DNA of 37,210 nucleotides from a virus (Duplodnaviria; Heunggongvirae; Uroviricota; Caudoviricetes): IMG/VR virus record IMGVR_UViG_2713896798_000012; one strand, 5' to 3'. Shown piece by piece: positions 29,040 to 37,210 of this stretch (position 1 is its first letter; each line of letters starts with the position of its first letter). The notes under the pieces were generated by a model. It saw only the letters and a program-made list of their open reading frames with translations, ran no database searches and was not told where the DNA came from. The position numbers and the translations under genes were made by a program.

Positions 29040-30653
29040 ATGAGTCAGAAATACCTCATTCGCATCGCAGAGCTGGAAAGGTTGCTCTCTGAGCAGGCTG
29101 AAGCCCTCCGTCAGAAAGACCAGCAACTGAGTCTGGTTGAAGAGACGGAAGCCTTCCTGCGCTCTGCACTGACACGTGCCGAAGAAAAGATCGAAGAAGA
29201 TGAACGGGAAATAGAACATCTGCGGGCTCAGATAGAAAAACTGCGCCGGATGCTGTTCGGTACCCGTTCTGAAAAACTGCGTCGTGAAGTTGAACTGGCT
29301 GAGGCTCTGCTGAAACAACGTGAACAGGACAGCGATCGTTACAGTGGGCGGGAAGACGATCCTCAGGTTCCCCGCCAGTTGCGACAGTCGCGCCATCGTC
29401 GTCCGTTACCGGCACACCTTCCCCGTGAAATACACCGCCTGGAGCCAGAAGAAAGCTGTTGCCCGGAGTGTGGCGGTGAGCTGGATTATCTGGGGGAAGT
29501 CAGCGCTGAACAGCTGGAACTGGTGAGCAGTGCCCTGAAAGTGATCCGCACAGAACGGGTAAAAAAAGCCTGTACAAAATGTGACTGTATTGTTGAAGCA
29601 CCGGCGCCGTCCCGCCCGATAGAGCGTGGTATCGCGGGCCCCGGATTACTTGCCCGCGTGTTAACGGGAAAATACTGCGAACATCTGCCACTGTATCGTC
29701 AGAGTGAAATCTTTGCCCGCCAGGGTGTCGAACTGAGCCGGGCCTTACTCTCCAACTGGGTTGACGCGTGCTGCCAGTTAATGACACCGGTGAATGATGC
29801 CCTGTACCGTTATGTAATGAACACCCGCAAGGTTCACACTGATGACACACCGGTAAAGGTACTGGCACCGGGTCAGAAAAAGGCGAAAACAGGGCGTATC
29901 TGGACGTATGTCCGGGATGATCGCAATGTGGGTTCGTCATCTCCTCCAGCGGTCTGGTTCGCGTACTCGCCGAACCGGCAGGGGAAACACCCGGAGCAAC
30001 ACCTCCGCCCCTTCCGGGGTATCCTGCAGGCGGATGCGTTCACAGGTTACGACAGGTTGTTCAGTGCAGAACGTGAAGGTGGTGCACTGACAGAAGTTGC
30101 GTGCTGGGCCCATGCCCGGCGAAAAATCCACGATGTATACATCAGCAGCAAAAGTGCGACGGCAGAAGAAGCCCTGAAGCGAATCAGTGAACTGTACGCC
30201 ATCGAGGATGAAATACGGGGATTACCGGAGTCAGAGCGTCTTGCCGTCAGGCAGCAGCGAAGCAAAGTGTTACTGACGTCGCTGCATGAATGGATGGTGG
30301 AGAAGAATGGTACGCTGTCGAAAAAATCCAGACTGGGCGAAGCGTTCAGCTATGTACTGAATCAGTGGGATGCCCTCTGTTATTACAGTGATGACGGTCT
30401 GGCGGAGGCGGATAATAATGCTGCGGAAAGAGCGCTTCGTGCAGTCTGTCTCGGAAAGAAAAACTTTATGTTCTTTGGCAGCGATCACGGCGGCGAGCGT
30501 GGAGCACTGTTGTACGGGCTGATCGGCACCTGCCGTCTGAACGGTATCGATCCGGAAGCGTATCTGCGCCATATCCTGAGCGTACTGCCGGAATGGCCTT
30601 CCAACCGAGTTGACGAACTCCTGCCATGGAACGTAGTACTCACCAATAAATAA
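29040..30653 (+). CDS. tnpC: IS66-family transposase TnpC
   Basis: Identical to 8054-9667. Confidence 0.9.
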   Translation: MSQKYLIRIAELERLLSEQAEALRQKDQQLSLVEETEAFLRSALTRAEEKIEEDEREIEHLRAQIEKLRRMLFGTRSEKLRREVELAEALLKQREQDSDRYSGREDDPQVPRQLRQSRHRRPLPAHLPREIHRLEPEESCCPECGGELDYLGEVSAEQLELVSSALKVIRTERVKKACTKCDCIVEAPAPSRPIERGIAGPGLLARVLTGKYCEHLPLYRQSEIFARQGVELSRALLSNWVDACCQLMTPVNDALYRYVMNTRKVHTDDTPVKVLAPGQKKAKTGRIWTYVRDDRNVGSSSPPAVWFAYSPNRQGKHPEQHLRPFRGILQADAFTGYDRLFSAEREGGALTEVACWAHARRKIHDVYISSKSATAEEALKRISELYAIEDEIRGLPESERLAVRQQRSKVLLTSLHEWMVEKNGTLSKKSRLGEAFSYVLNQWDALCYYSDDGLAEADNNAAERALRAVCLGKKNFMFFGSDHGGERGALLYGLIGTCRLNGIDPEAYLRHILSVLPEWPSNRVDELLPWNVVLTNK

Positions 30654-30691
30654 GCGTCAATACGGTGCTCCGTTGACGCTTACAGGAGTAC

Positions 30692-30988
30692 TACGGTTGG
30701 GAGGACAACTTCACGGAAACCCCAGCCACCGACGCTTTCCTGGCTGAAATTCGTGCGGCGGCTCGCAACGAGGGTATTAACTATACCGCAAGCCGTCTTG
30801 CTGCTGCTTTCAATCACGGATTTATCAATAAGTCTTTGCGTGAAGTTTTCGACGTTACACGCATGATTTTGTCAGCGAAAGAAGAGTTGGCTAATGAAGC
30901 GCATCCGATTGATGGCCTGTCTGGTGAATATGCGGAGAAATCCCTTGAAGAATGGGCGGAACAGATTCGCAAAGGAGGAAACCAGTGA
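30692..30988 (+). pseudogene. 3' portion of the Ea22/Ead-like gene whose 5' portion lies at 10556-10888
   Basis: Open frame from the IS boundary to TGA at 30988 (…EQIRKGGNQ*); joins in frame to the 10888-10556 fragment once one copy of the 8-bp duplication is removed. Confidence 0.7.
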
Positions 30989-31578
30989 GCAAGATTGACT
31001 ATCAGGTACTGCGTGAAAAGGCAGAAAAAGCAACGTGTGGTGAGTGGTCTCTCGAATATGGAGAGAGCCGATTTGATGGTGATGATGCACTAATTCATCG
31101 CGAGGCTGCTGGATATATTCCCATTTGCAGAATTGAAGGAGCGCATCCTGAAAGCGGTTTCGATGAAGATTTCCAAATGGAACAGCAGGCCAATGCTGAA
31201 TTCATCGCCGCAGCCAATCCGGCTACCGTCTTGGCGCTGCTGGATGAGCTGGAAAGAAACCAGCAATACATCAAACGCCGCGACCAGGAGAACGAGGATA
31301 TTGCGCTAACGGTAGGGAAACTGCGTGTTGAGCTTGAGGAAGCAAAATCAAAACTCAACGAGCAACGCGAGTATTACGAGGGAGTAATCGCGGATGGAAG
31401 TAAGCGCATAGCAGAACTGTCTGCTAGCCACAGCAAATTGCGCGACACAATGGCTGGCATCCACAACACAATCCGAATGGATGGCGGCTATACGCCACTG
31501 GCAGCAATCCTTAACGCTGCTAAACGCGCATATGAAGAATCAGCAAGCGCCGCTGGCATCAAGGAGGAGTCTGAGTGA
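30985..31578 (+). CDS. Ea22/Ead-like protein
   Basis: GTG start with AAAGGAGG RBS, overlapping upstream stop (GTGA); VSKIDYQVLRE… N-terminus; coiled-coil-rich C-terminus. Confidence 0.6.
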   Translation: MSKIDYQVLREKAEKATCGEWSLEYGESRFDGDDALIHREAAGYIPICRIEGAHPESGFDEDFQMEQQANAEFIAAANPATVLALLDELERNQQYIKRRDQENEDIALTVGKLRVELEEAKSKLNEQREYYEGVIADGSKRIAELSASHSKLRDTMAGIHNTIRMDGGYTPLAAILNAAKRAYEESASAAGIKEESE

Positions 31579-32069
31579 TGGTCATTTCACCTATAACGCT
31601 GAAAGCGGCGCAGGAATTTATCGCACAGCACCACCGACACAATAAACCACCAGTGGGGCATAAATTCAGCATTGGTCTGAGAAATAATGCCGGAGAATTG
31701 ATAGGTGTGGCGACAGCTGGTCGACCTGTTGCACGACATTTGGACGATGGATTAACGCTTGAAGTAAATCGCACATGTACCACAGGAGAACGCAACGCTA
31801 ACAGCGCGCTTTATGGTGCTGTCTGGCGGGCAGCAAAAGCTATGGGTTATCAACGTTGTATTACGTACACCCAGGCAGATGAATCAGGAGCATCTCTTCG
31901 CGCAGCTGGTTTTGTTCGTGTGAAAGAGCTTCCTCCAAGAAAAAGCTGGGCGGAATCAAGCGTCGCCCTGCGGAGTAAACGCGATCCGGTCGGAAACGGT
32001 GGTATTCCTCGTGTGCTCTGGGAAATCAGGAGAATGAGTACCGCTGGCATTCGCATCAAAGGAGAGTGA
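31575..32069 (+). CDS. Hypothetical conserved phage protein
   Basis: 164-aa ORF, start overlaps upstream stop; no family confidently recognised. Confidence 0.5.
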   Translation: MMVISPITLKAAQEFIAQHHRHNKPPVGHKFSIGLRNNAGELIGVATAGRPVARHLDDGLTLEVNRTCTTGERNANSALYGAVWRAAKAMGYQRCITYTQADESGASLRAAGFVRVKELPPRKSWAESSVALRSKRDPVGNGGIPRVLWEIRRMSTAGIRIKGE

Positions 32070-32070
32070 G

Positions 32071-32262
32071 ATGAACGGACAAATCTCAATTGTTCGACCG
32101 GGAGCATGTGACGATCGCGAGATACGAATGATTATTCGTCTGGCGATGGGGAAAACAATAACTGCTCTCATTACTCCAGAAAATCTCGCATTAGCATTAA
32201 CCGGAAAGTCAGACCTGCCAGTAGAGCTAAAGCTGCGAAATGTTGAGATTAAGGTGAAATAG
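32071..32262 (+). CDS. Hypothetical small protein
   Basis: 63-aa ORF packed into the operon. Confidence 0.4.
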   Translation: MNGQISIVRPGACDDREIRMIIRLAMGKTITALITPENLALALTGKSDLPVELKLRNVEIKVK

Positions 32263-32264
32263 CT

Positions 32265-32876
32265 ATGACCACTATTACCGACAAAGAGCTAATTAAAGAA
32301 ATTAAAGAACATATCAGCAGTCTGGGGGTGCGGGACAATATTGAGCGCCGTGCTTATGAAATTGCGTTGACTGCATTGACCGCTGAACCATTCGCCACTA
32401 TCGACACCGCGGGAATTGAGCTCGTTAAATATGGTTGTAACACGTTTATTTGTCCCGACAATTCGATGGATCCGGGAAATGTACCGCTATATATCGGCCT
32501 GCCACGAATTGAGCCAGCAAGCCAGACTGCCAAGCTGTCATTCCAGGAATGGTTGTCAGAACAAAAAGAAAAAATAGACGTTGATTGCGGATGTGTGAGC
32601 ACTGAAACGCTTATGCACTGGATGCGTGTGGCGTATGAGGCTGGCAACTCTCCGGTAATTCCGGATGGTTGGATAAGCTGTAGTGAGCGAATGCCAGAAA
32701 TTAGACAAACAGTTATTGGATGGAATGAATATGCAGTTAGACAATGCGTATATACAAGGAATGAATATGCCAAGACACAGAAAGGCAGAGAGCCAAGGTT
32801 TGAAACCTTAACTGGTATATGGCATGGAGTAACCCACTGGATGCCGCTACCAGAACCGCCGCAGGAGGTTAATTGA
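32265..32876 (+). CDS. DUF551-type phage protein
   Basis: C-terminal …VTHWMPLPEPP motif that I associate with DUF551 domains. Confidence 0.55.
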   Translation: MTTITDKELIKEIKEHISSLGVRDNIERRAYEIALTALTAEPFATIDTAGIELVKYGCNTFICPDNSMDPGNVPLYIGLPRIEPASQTAKLSFQEWLSEQKEKIDVDCGCVSTETLMHWMRVAYEAGNSPVIPDGWISCSERMPEIRQTVIGWNEYAVRQCVYTRNEYAKTQKGREPRFETLTGIWHGVTHWMPLPEPPQEVN

Positions 32877-33160
32877 TGGACTCCTTCGCGAAATATACGA
32901 TTATTGACTGGATAGCATTCCTTCAGGTTTTGCTCATCTGGTTTTATTTGGCTTATAGGAGTGGACAGTGGATTGTCAGTGTAGCCTGTAGCAAGGGATG
33001 GCGTTGGTGGAACCGAAAGAATAAAAAAGCGCTGGCCTTGGATTCGTTTTACGAAGCATTCAATCTTAACAGCCTTCAGCCTGGTTCTATCATTGTAGTC
33101 ACCACTCAAAGCGACATGACGATACAAATTCACAAGCCAAAGGAGGAAGGTCGTGGCTAA
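32873..33160 (+). CDS. Hypothetical membrane protein
   Basis: 95 aa with N-terminal hydrophobic helix; start overlaps upstream stop. Confidence 0.45.
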   Translation: MMDSFAKYTIIDWIAFLQVLLIWFYLAYRSGQWIVSVACSKGWRWWNRKNKKALALDSFYEAFNLNSLQPGSIIVVTTQSDMTIQIHKPKEEGRG

Positions 33161-33515
33161 CCTGCAACTTGCCGTTAAAGGTGAATACTTCGCAGATAGT
33201 TTCCCCCAAATCTGGGGAAAAGCCCGAATGGCGCGGCTTACAGCAAGATAAGGCCTACATGATTTGACAAATCCGCCAGAGCTATCGCATACTGACCGCA
33301 CTAGAACTTCAAAGCGGTCATCCGCACCCGATAGCTTTGCGGCTTTTTTATGCCTGCAATTTGGCATAGTCACATCCGTACAAAGGTCGGGTGGAGAGGC
33401 GTAATACAATACCCGCAAGGGGAATATGCCCGGAGCATCTTTGAAGGCTCTAGTTGACACCCGATCACCAGCCACTAACTGGTGATTGCTAACTAAAACT
33501 TCAAAGGAGGTCATC

Positions 33516-34139
33516 ATGACCAGTCAACTCATCCCCGTATTCAACGGCACTATCGACAACGAAACAATTCTTCTAGTTAACGCTCGTGATCTACACTCTT
33601 TTCTTGGTGTGGGCAGAATGTTCGCGCACTGGGTTAAAGAACGCATTGCTGAATATGGATTCGTTGAAAGCCAGGACTATATTTTGATTTGCCAAAATGG
33701 GCAAACCAAAGGGCGAGGAGGTGATCGCCGTAGCAAGGACTACCACCTAACTCTCGACACAGCCAAAGAACTGGCGATGGTTGAGCGTAACGAAAAAGGC
33801 CGCCAGATACGCCGATACTTCATCGAGTGCGAAAAGAAACTTCGCAGCATGCAACCAGCACAGCAATTCACAGACGAGGAAATCATCCTCCTCTGCTACA
33901 TGCAGGTACAGATGGAGAAAGCACAGGACATCAGCAAACGCCTGTATCCGATATTGAAGGAACTGAACTCATCATACGCGAGCAAGCTGTATGACATCGC
34001 GTTTGAGACTTTCTACACGGTGACGAAAAACAGAGACGCATTGCTCAGGGAGGCAACACGAATTGACCAGACAAGCGCCATTTTCGAACGGGCAAGACCA
34101 ATGTTAAAAAGCCTTCGGGCGAGACAATTCGAATTTTAA
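33516..34139 (+). CDS. AntA-type antirepressor-domain protein
   Basis: ATG with AAAGGAGG RBS; MTSQLIPVFNG…LLVNARDLHSFLGVG resembles AntA/AntB N-terminal domains; track ORF starts earlier at a TTG. Confidence 0.6.
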   Translation: MTSQLIPVFNGTIDNETILLVNARDLHSFLGVGRMFAHWVKERIAEYGFVESQDYILICQNGQTKGRGGDRRSKDYHLTLDTAKELAMVERNEKGRQIRRYFIECEKKLRSMQPAQQFTDEEIILLCYMQVQMEKAQDISKRLYPILKELNSSYASKLYDIAFETFYTVTKNRDALLREATRIDQTSAIFERARPMLKSLRARQFEF

Positions 34140-34146
34140 TATCAAA

Positions 34147-34167
34147 GGAGCTTCGGCTCCTTTTTTT
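34147..34167 (+). terminator. Intrinsic terminator after the antA-like gene
   Basis: GGAGC-TTCG-GCTCC followed by T7. Confidence 0.75.
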
Positions 34168-34181
34168 ACAGGTGAAACTTA

Positions 34182-34349
34182 ATGAAATTCAAATTCACAG
34201 GTGAATGGAATGGAGAACCATTCAACAGAGTTATCGAAGCGGAGAATATCAATGACTGCTATGACCACTGGATGATATGGGCGCAGATAGCACATGCAGA
34301 AGTAACCAATATTCGAATTGAAGAACTGAAAGAACACCAAGCCGCCTGA
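34182..34349 (+). CDS. Small ORF (55 aa) bracketed by two terminators
   Basis: Hand-translated MKFKFTGEWNGEPF…; AGGTGA RBS 7 nt upstream; below track threshold. Confidence 0.35.
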   Translation: MKFKFTGEWNGEPFNRVIEAENINDCYDHWMIWAQIAHAEVTNIRIEELKEHQAA

Positions 34350-34361
34350 TGGCGGTTTTTT
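34341..34361 (+). terminator. Intrinsic terminator
   Basis: GCCGCC-TGAT-GGCGG followed by T6. Confidence 0.6.
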
Positions 34362-34375
34362 ATTGGAGACAAGAA

Positions 34376-34579
34376 ATGTCAGATTTGGCTATGAAGGTTT
34401 TGAAATGGCAATCGACTGACTATGTTGGCATCAGTAGCGCAACTCTTGCCTCAATCGCATGTGGACTGAAAAAGAATATCTATGGTCATAGCTTCGGTGC
34501 TCCACATGACGCAGCCGATTTCAGACGATGCGTTGCACTTGTTGCACTTTACATTGATGAGTTTGAAAACGCGCTATGA
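34376..34579 (+). CDS. Hypothetical protein
   Basis: Internal ATG with GGAGA RBS (MSDLAMKVLKW…), 67 aa; the longer track ORF starts inside the terminator. Confidence 0.45.
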   Translation: MSDLAMKVLKWQSTDYVGISSATLASIACGLKKNIYGHSFGAPHDAADFRRCVALVALYIDEFENAL

Positions 34580-35202
34580 CGAAAAAATACACTCTCATTT
34601 ACGCAGATCCCCCCTGGACATTCCGAGACAAAGCAACCGATGGTCAACGCGGTGCAAGTTTTAAATATCCGGTCATGAGTCTTCTGGATATCTGCCGCCT
34701 CCCGGTATGGGAACTGGCAGCCGATAATTGCCTGTTGGCTATGTGGTGGGTGCCTACACAACCACTTGAAGCATTGAAGGTTGTAGAAGCGTGGGGCTTT
34801 CGTCTGGTGACGATGAAAGGATTAACCTGGAACAAATGCGGGAAAAGACAGACCGACAAGCTGGTCATGGGTATGGGTAGCACCACTCGCGCTAACAGCG
34901 AAGACTGCCTTTTTGCAGTGAAAGGAAATCTGCCTGAACGCATTAACGCCGGAATAATCCAGTCATTCACTGCACCGCGCCTTGATCACTCCCGCAAGCC
35001 GGATATGGCGCGAGAAAAACTTGTGCAACTTCTTGGCGATGTTCCCCGGATAGAACTGTTCGCCCGTCACACCTCGCATGGATTTGATGTCTGGGGTAAC
35101 CAATGCGGAACACCATCCATTGAGATGGTTCCGGGTATTGTTAAATTTCTGGAGAAAACCAATGAGCGAAAAAACGACGTTGACAAAGGCATCACCAGTT
35201 GA
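34576..35202 (+). CDS. MT-A70-family N6-adenine DNA methyltransferase
   Basis: DPPW catalytic motif (LIYADPPWTF); 208 aa; ATGA overlap with upstream stop. Confidence 0.75.
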   Translation: MTKKYTLIYADPPWTFRDKATDGQRGASFKYPVMSLLDICRLPVWELAADNCLLAMWWVPTQPLEALKVVEAWGFRLVTMKGLTWNKCGKRQTDKLVMGMGSTTRANSEDCLFAVKGNLPERINAGIIQSFTAPRLDHSRKPDMAREKLVQLLGDVPRIELFARHTSHGFDVWGNQCGTPSIEMVPGIVKFLEKTNERKNDVDKGITS

Positions 35203-35374
35203 ATTAAGGCAGTGCCTGGAAATCGCAAATCAACTTGCCAGAAGTGGAATACGCTTTGTTCCGATCCCGATCACAGCAGATACAGAACTTCATCTGTTTG
35301 GTGAAATTCTTTCCCGAAAGCTGGATGAACTGGAAAAGCTGGTAGAAGAAGCTGACACCTCACCAATCGCATAA
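35162..35374 (+). CDS. Hypothetical small protein
   Basis: Internal ATG with GGAGA RBS (MSEKTTLTKASP…), 70 aa; overlaps the methyltransferase 3' end. Confidence 0.4.
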   Translation: MSEKTTLTKASPVELRQCLEIANQLARSGIRFVPIPITADTELHLFGEILSRKLDELEKLVEEADTSPIA

Positions 35375-35409
35375 CACCCCCACCGACATTAAAATATCAG
35401 GAGAAAAAA

Positions 35410-35796
35410 ATGAACGCCGTACTCACAGAATTGAACAAATTAGGAAAAGCAACAGCCGACAGCATTTCTAAAGGTCTCAATATTGATTTGAATGACGTCA
35501 TTGATACGCTGTGGAAGTTGAAAAACCAGGGGATCGTAAAGGTAAAAAACGGCATCTGGCAGGCAGTAGAGGGAGTTGGAAGCAAAACAGATATTGATTC
35601 AGTTCAACCAGTTCAACCAGTTCAACCAGTTCAGCCAGTTCAGCCAGTGCAGAACAACATTATAGGTGACCTGCTACGTAAATCACGGAAAGAAGCGCGC
35701 CGCGCCGGGCGGAAACAGAAACGATGGGAGGGTGCATGTAAGGCGTTGCAAGAACTGAATAAATACCGTGACTTGATCAACGAATTGTCAGAGTGA
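35410..35796 (+). CDS. Putative DNA-binding protein with internal (PVQ)n repeat
   Basis: 128 aa; N-terminal helix-turn-helix-like region, central SVQ(PVQ)5 repeat, basic C-terminus. Confidence 0.5.
   Translation: MNAVLTELNKLGKATADSISKGLNIDLNDVIDTLWKLKNQGIVKVKNGIWQAVEGVGSKTDIDSVQPVQPVQPVQPVQPVQNNIIGDLLRKSRKEARRAGRKQKRWEGACKALQELNKYRDLINELSE
35599..35652 (+). repeat. Tandem 9-bp repeat (CCAGTTCAA/G, 6 units) within the coding sequence
   Basis: Read directly: tcagttcaa ccagttcaa ccagttcaa ccagttcag ccagttcag ccagtgcag. Confidence 0.85.
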
Positions 35797-35874
35797 ACGT
35801 AGCGGGAATCCACGTCCTTTAGGGCGTGGATGATATCAGGCTGTTGAAATACATGTAGAAAAGGAGCGCATACT

Positions 35875-36057
35875 ATGGAAGTCAACTTAATGACCGAAAA
35901 AGAGGTTTCTGATTTGTTACAAAAAAGGCGCACAGCTTTGTATAATTTGCGAAAAAAACACGGATTCCCGGAACCAGTACTTACTCATCCGGCGCGATAT
36001 AGTCGTCAGGCCGTTGAACAATGGCTTAAAGCCGGAGGAATTAACCGAGCTGTTTAG
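35875..36057 (+). CDS. AlpA/Xis-like excisionase or transcriptional regulator
   Basis: 60 aa; …LYNLRKKHGFPEPV…ARYSRQAVEQWL resembles AlpA-family proteins; lies beside the integrase. Confidence 0.6.
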   Translation: MEVNLMTEKEVSDLLQKRRTALYNLRKKHGFPEPVLTHPARYSRQAVEQWLKAGGINRAV

Positions 36058-37210
36058 CGTGCCAGAAAATTTTATCAGCATACAACTCATACGCATCTTT
36101 CTGTTCCGACAACCAGTCGTGTTTATTATACACGGCCATAACTCCCCCAAGTTCATGCCCCAGCATTTTTTCAGTGACGTGGGGCATAATTCCTTCCCCA
36201 GATAAATTCGTTACCAGAGAACGCCTAAAATCATGCGTTCTCCATTCAGGAATATCAATTTTCTCCCTTAACTTTTTCATGTACAAATTAGCCGACGAAC
36301 GATCAATAGGTTTATCTATTTCCTGCCCGGGGAATAGCACATCAAAACCCGCATTAAGCAATCTCTCGATATAAGGTTTAACCTGAGTGAATACCGGACG
36401 CCGGATAATATTCCCCATTTTTGAATGCTCTTTTGGGGTTGTCCAGACCAGATCTTCCATGTTGAACTCACTGGCTGTCGCGAGACGTAGCTCAGAAAGT
36501 CTGGCCCCCCATAGCAATAGCAATTGATGTAACACCTTGTTGGAAGTAACTACTTTTGAGTTCTCCAGCGCCAGCCAAATTTTTGCCAGTTCCGTATAGG
36601 TAAGTACACGACTCCCTACATCTGGTTTTTTCCCAATATTCTTAACACTAAGCTTGAGTAATTCGCATGATGGGATTAACTGGCGGCTGATACACCAGTT
36701 AATAACTGAACGCAGTTGTAACAACAAAACACGAGCCTTTTTCTTGTTGAGGCTTTCTTGTTTGTCAAAGAAACGAGCCCATGCCGATACTGGGATACTG
36801 GCAACTGGCGAGCCTTCAAACTGTGTGTACATAGTGTTGTACACGACGGATCTGTAAAGCGTCTGTGTATTGGGTTTCAGATCAGTAACATACTTATCCC
36901 ACCACTGATCCAGGCATTCTTTTAATGTCAGTTCGCCGTCACTGGGCGCAAAATAATTTTTAGGGTTAACTCCCTTCATGTACAATGCGCGCATCTCACC
37001 GACGATAACACGCGCGTCCTTCAGTGAAGTAGACGGATAGCGCCCGACAGTAAGACGTACTGGCTTACCATTCCAGCGATAACGGTACTGAAACGTGATA
37101 GTTCCTGCTGGAGTAATCCGCACACTTAACCCGTCACCATCGGTGATTTCAGCAGGGCCAGAGTAGGGTTTTCCGTAGAGGCCTCGTAGTTTGGTGTCGC
37201 TCAGTGCCAA
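36041..37210 (-). CDS. int: Tyrosine integrase (P4-like family), 5' end at or beyond the window edge
   Basis: 389 aa; N-terminal ALSDTKLRGL…; C-terminal catalytic region with …HDFRRS… and …YNKH… motifs; ORF reaches position 37210. Confidence 0.85.
   Translation of the reverse strand: MALSDTKLRGLYGKPYSGPAEITDGDGLSVRITPAGTITFQYRYRWNGKPVRLTVGRYPSTSLKDARVIVGEMRALYMKGVNPKNYFAPSDGELTLKECLDQWWDKYVTDLKPNTQTLYRSVVYNTMYTQFEGSPVASIPVSAWARFFDKQESLNKKKARVLLLQLRSVINWCISRQLIPSCELLKLSVKNIGKKPDVGSRVLTYTELAKIWLALENSKVVTSNKVLHQLLLLWGARLSELRLATASEFNMEDLVWTTPKEHSKMGNIIRRPVFTQVKPYIERLLNAGFDVLFPGQEIDKPIDRSSANLYMKKLREKIDIPEWRTHDFRRSLVTNLSGEGIMPHVTEKMLGHELGGVMAVYNKHDWLSEQKDAYELYADKIFWHAKQLG

Larger units (their letters stand above)
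28152..30683 (+). mobile_element. IS66-family insertion sequence, copy B (2,532 bp), inverted relative to copy A
   Basis: Same termini and identical TnpA/B/C translations as copy A; flanks CCATTTAT (left) and AGGAGTAC (right). Confidence 0.9.

Noticed and set aside
32354-33517. 387-aa minus-strand ORF
   Set aside because: Ser/Cys/Pro-rich low-complexity translation, antisense to two plus-strand genes with RBS and coupling, and it runs through the promoter-terminator-rich intergenic region; likely spurious despite its length.
35599-35652. Short direct repeats as a possible CRISPR array
   Set aside because: Units are 9 bp, contiguous with no spacers, and in frame within a coding sequence; no CRISPR array is present in the window.
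36041-37210. Prophage attachment site near the integrase
   Set aside because: The integrase runs to the window edge, so the att core and flanking host sequence lie outside the window.

Overview
This window reads as most of a lambdoid (Stx-phage-like, Escherichia-type) prophage, rearranged by insertion sequences. No search was run: every call rests on reading the ORF translations, recognising protein families from memory, and hand-checking DNA motifs, so family names are provisional and boundaries of small genes approximate. Left part, all on the minus strand: ninF, Rha-type antirepressor, ninG, ninH, antiterminator Q, two intrinsic terminators, an ileZ-argN-argO-like tRNA trio, a 645-aa NanS-p-type esterase, pinholin and SAR endolysin, with no stx genes and no Rz/Rz1. 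Two identical 2,532-bp IS66-family copies in inverted orientation (8024-10555 and 28152-30683) bracket a 17.6-kb segment; their 8-bp flanks are reciprocally swapped, and a gene split by one copy rejoins in frame across the two distant junctions, indicating an IS-mediated inversion. Inside that segment is the immunity and early region: ea22-like genes, a P-loop ATPase module in place of Red recombination genes, kil, cIII, N, a two-gene cassette of unknown function in the rex position, cI, cro, cII, an O-like initiator with internal iterons, a DnaB-type helicase carrying a 339-codon intein with LAGLIDADG motifs in its P-loop, and a nin region in which ninB is split by a second, different IS66-family element with an 8-bp duplication. 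Right of IS copy B lie accessory early-left genes, an AlpA/Xis-like gene and an integrase running off the window edge. The two candidates I would follow up first are the rex-position cassette and the helicase intein.
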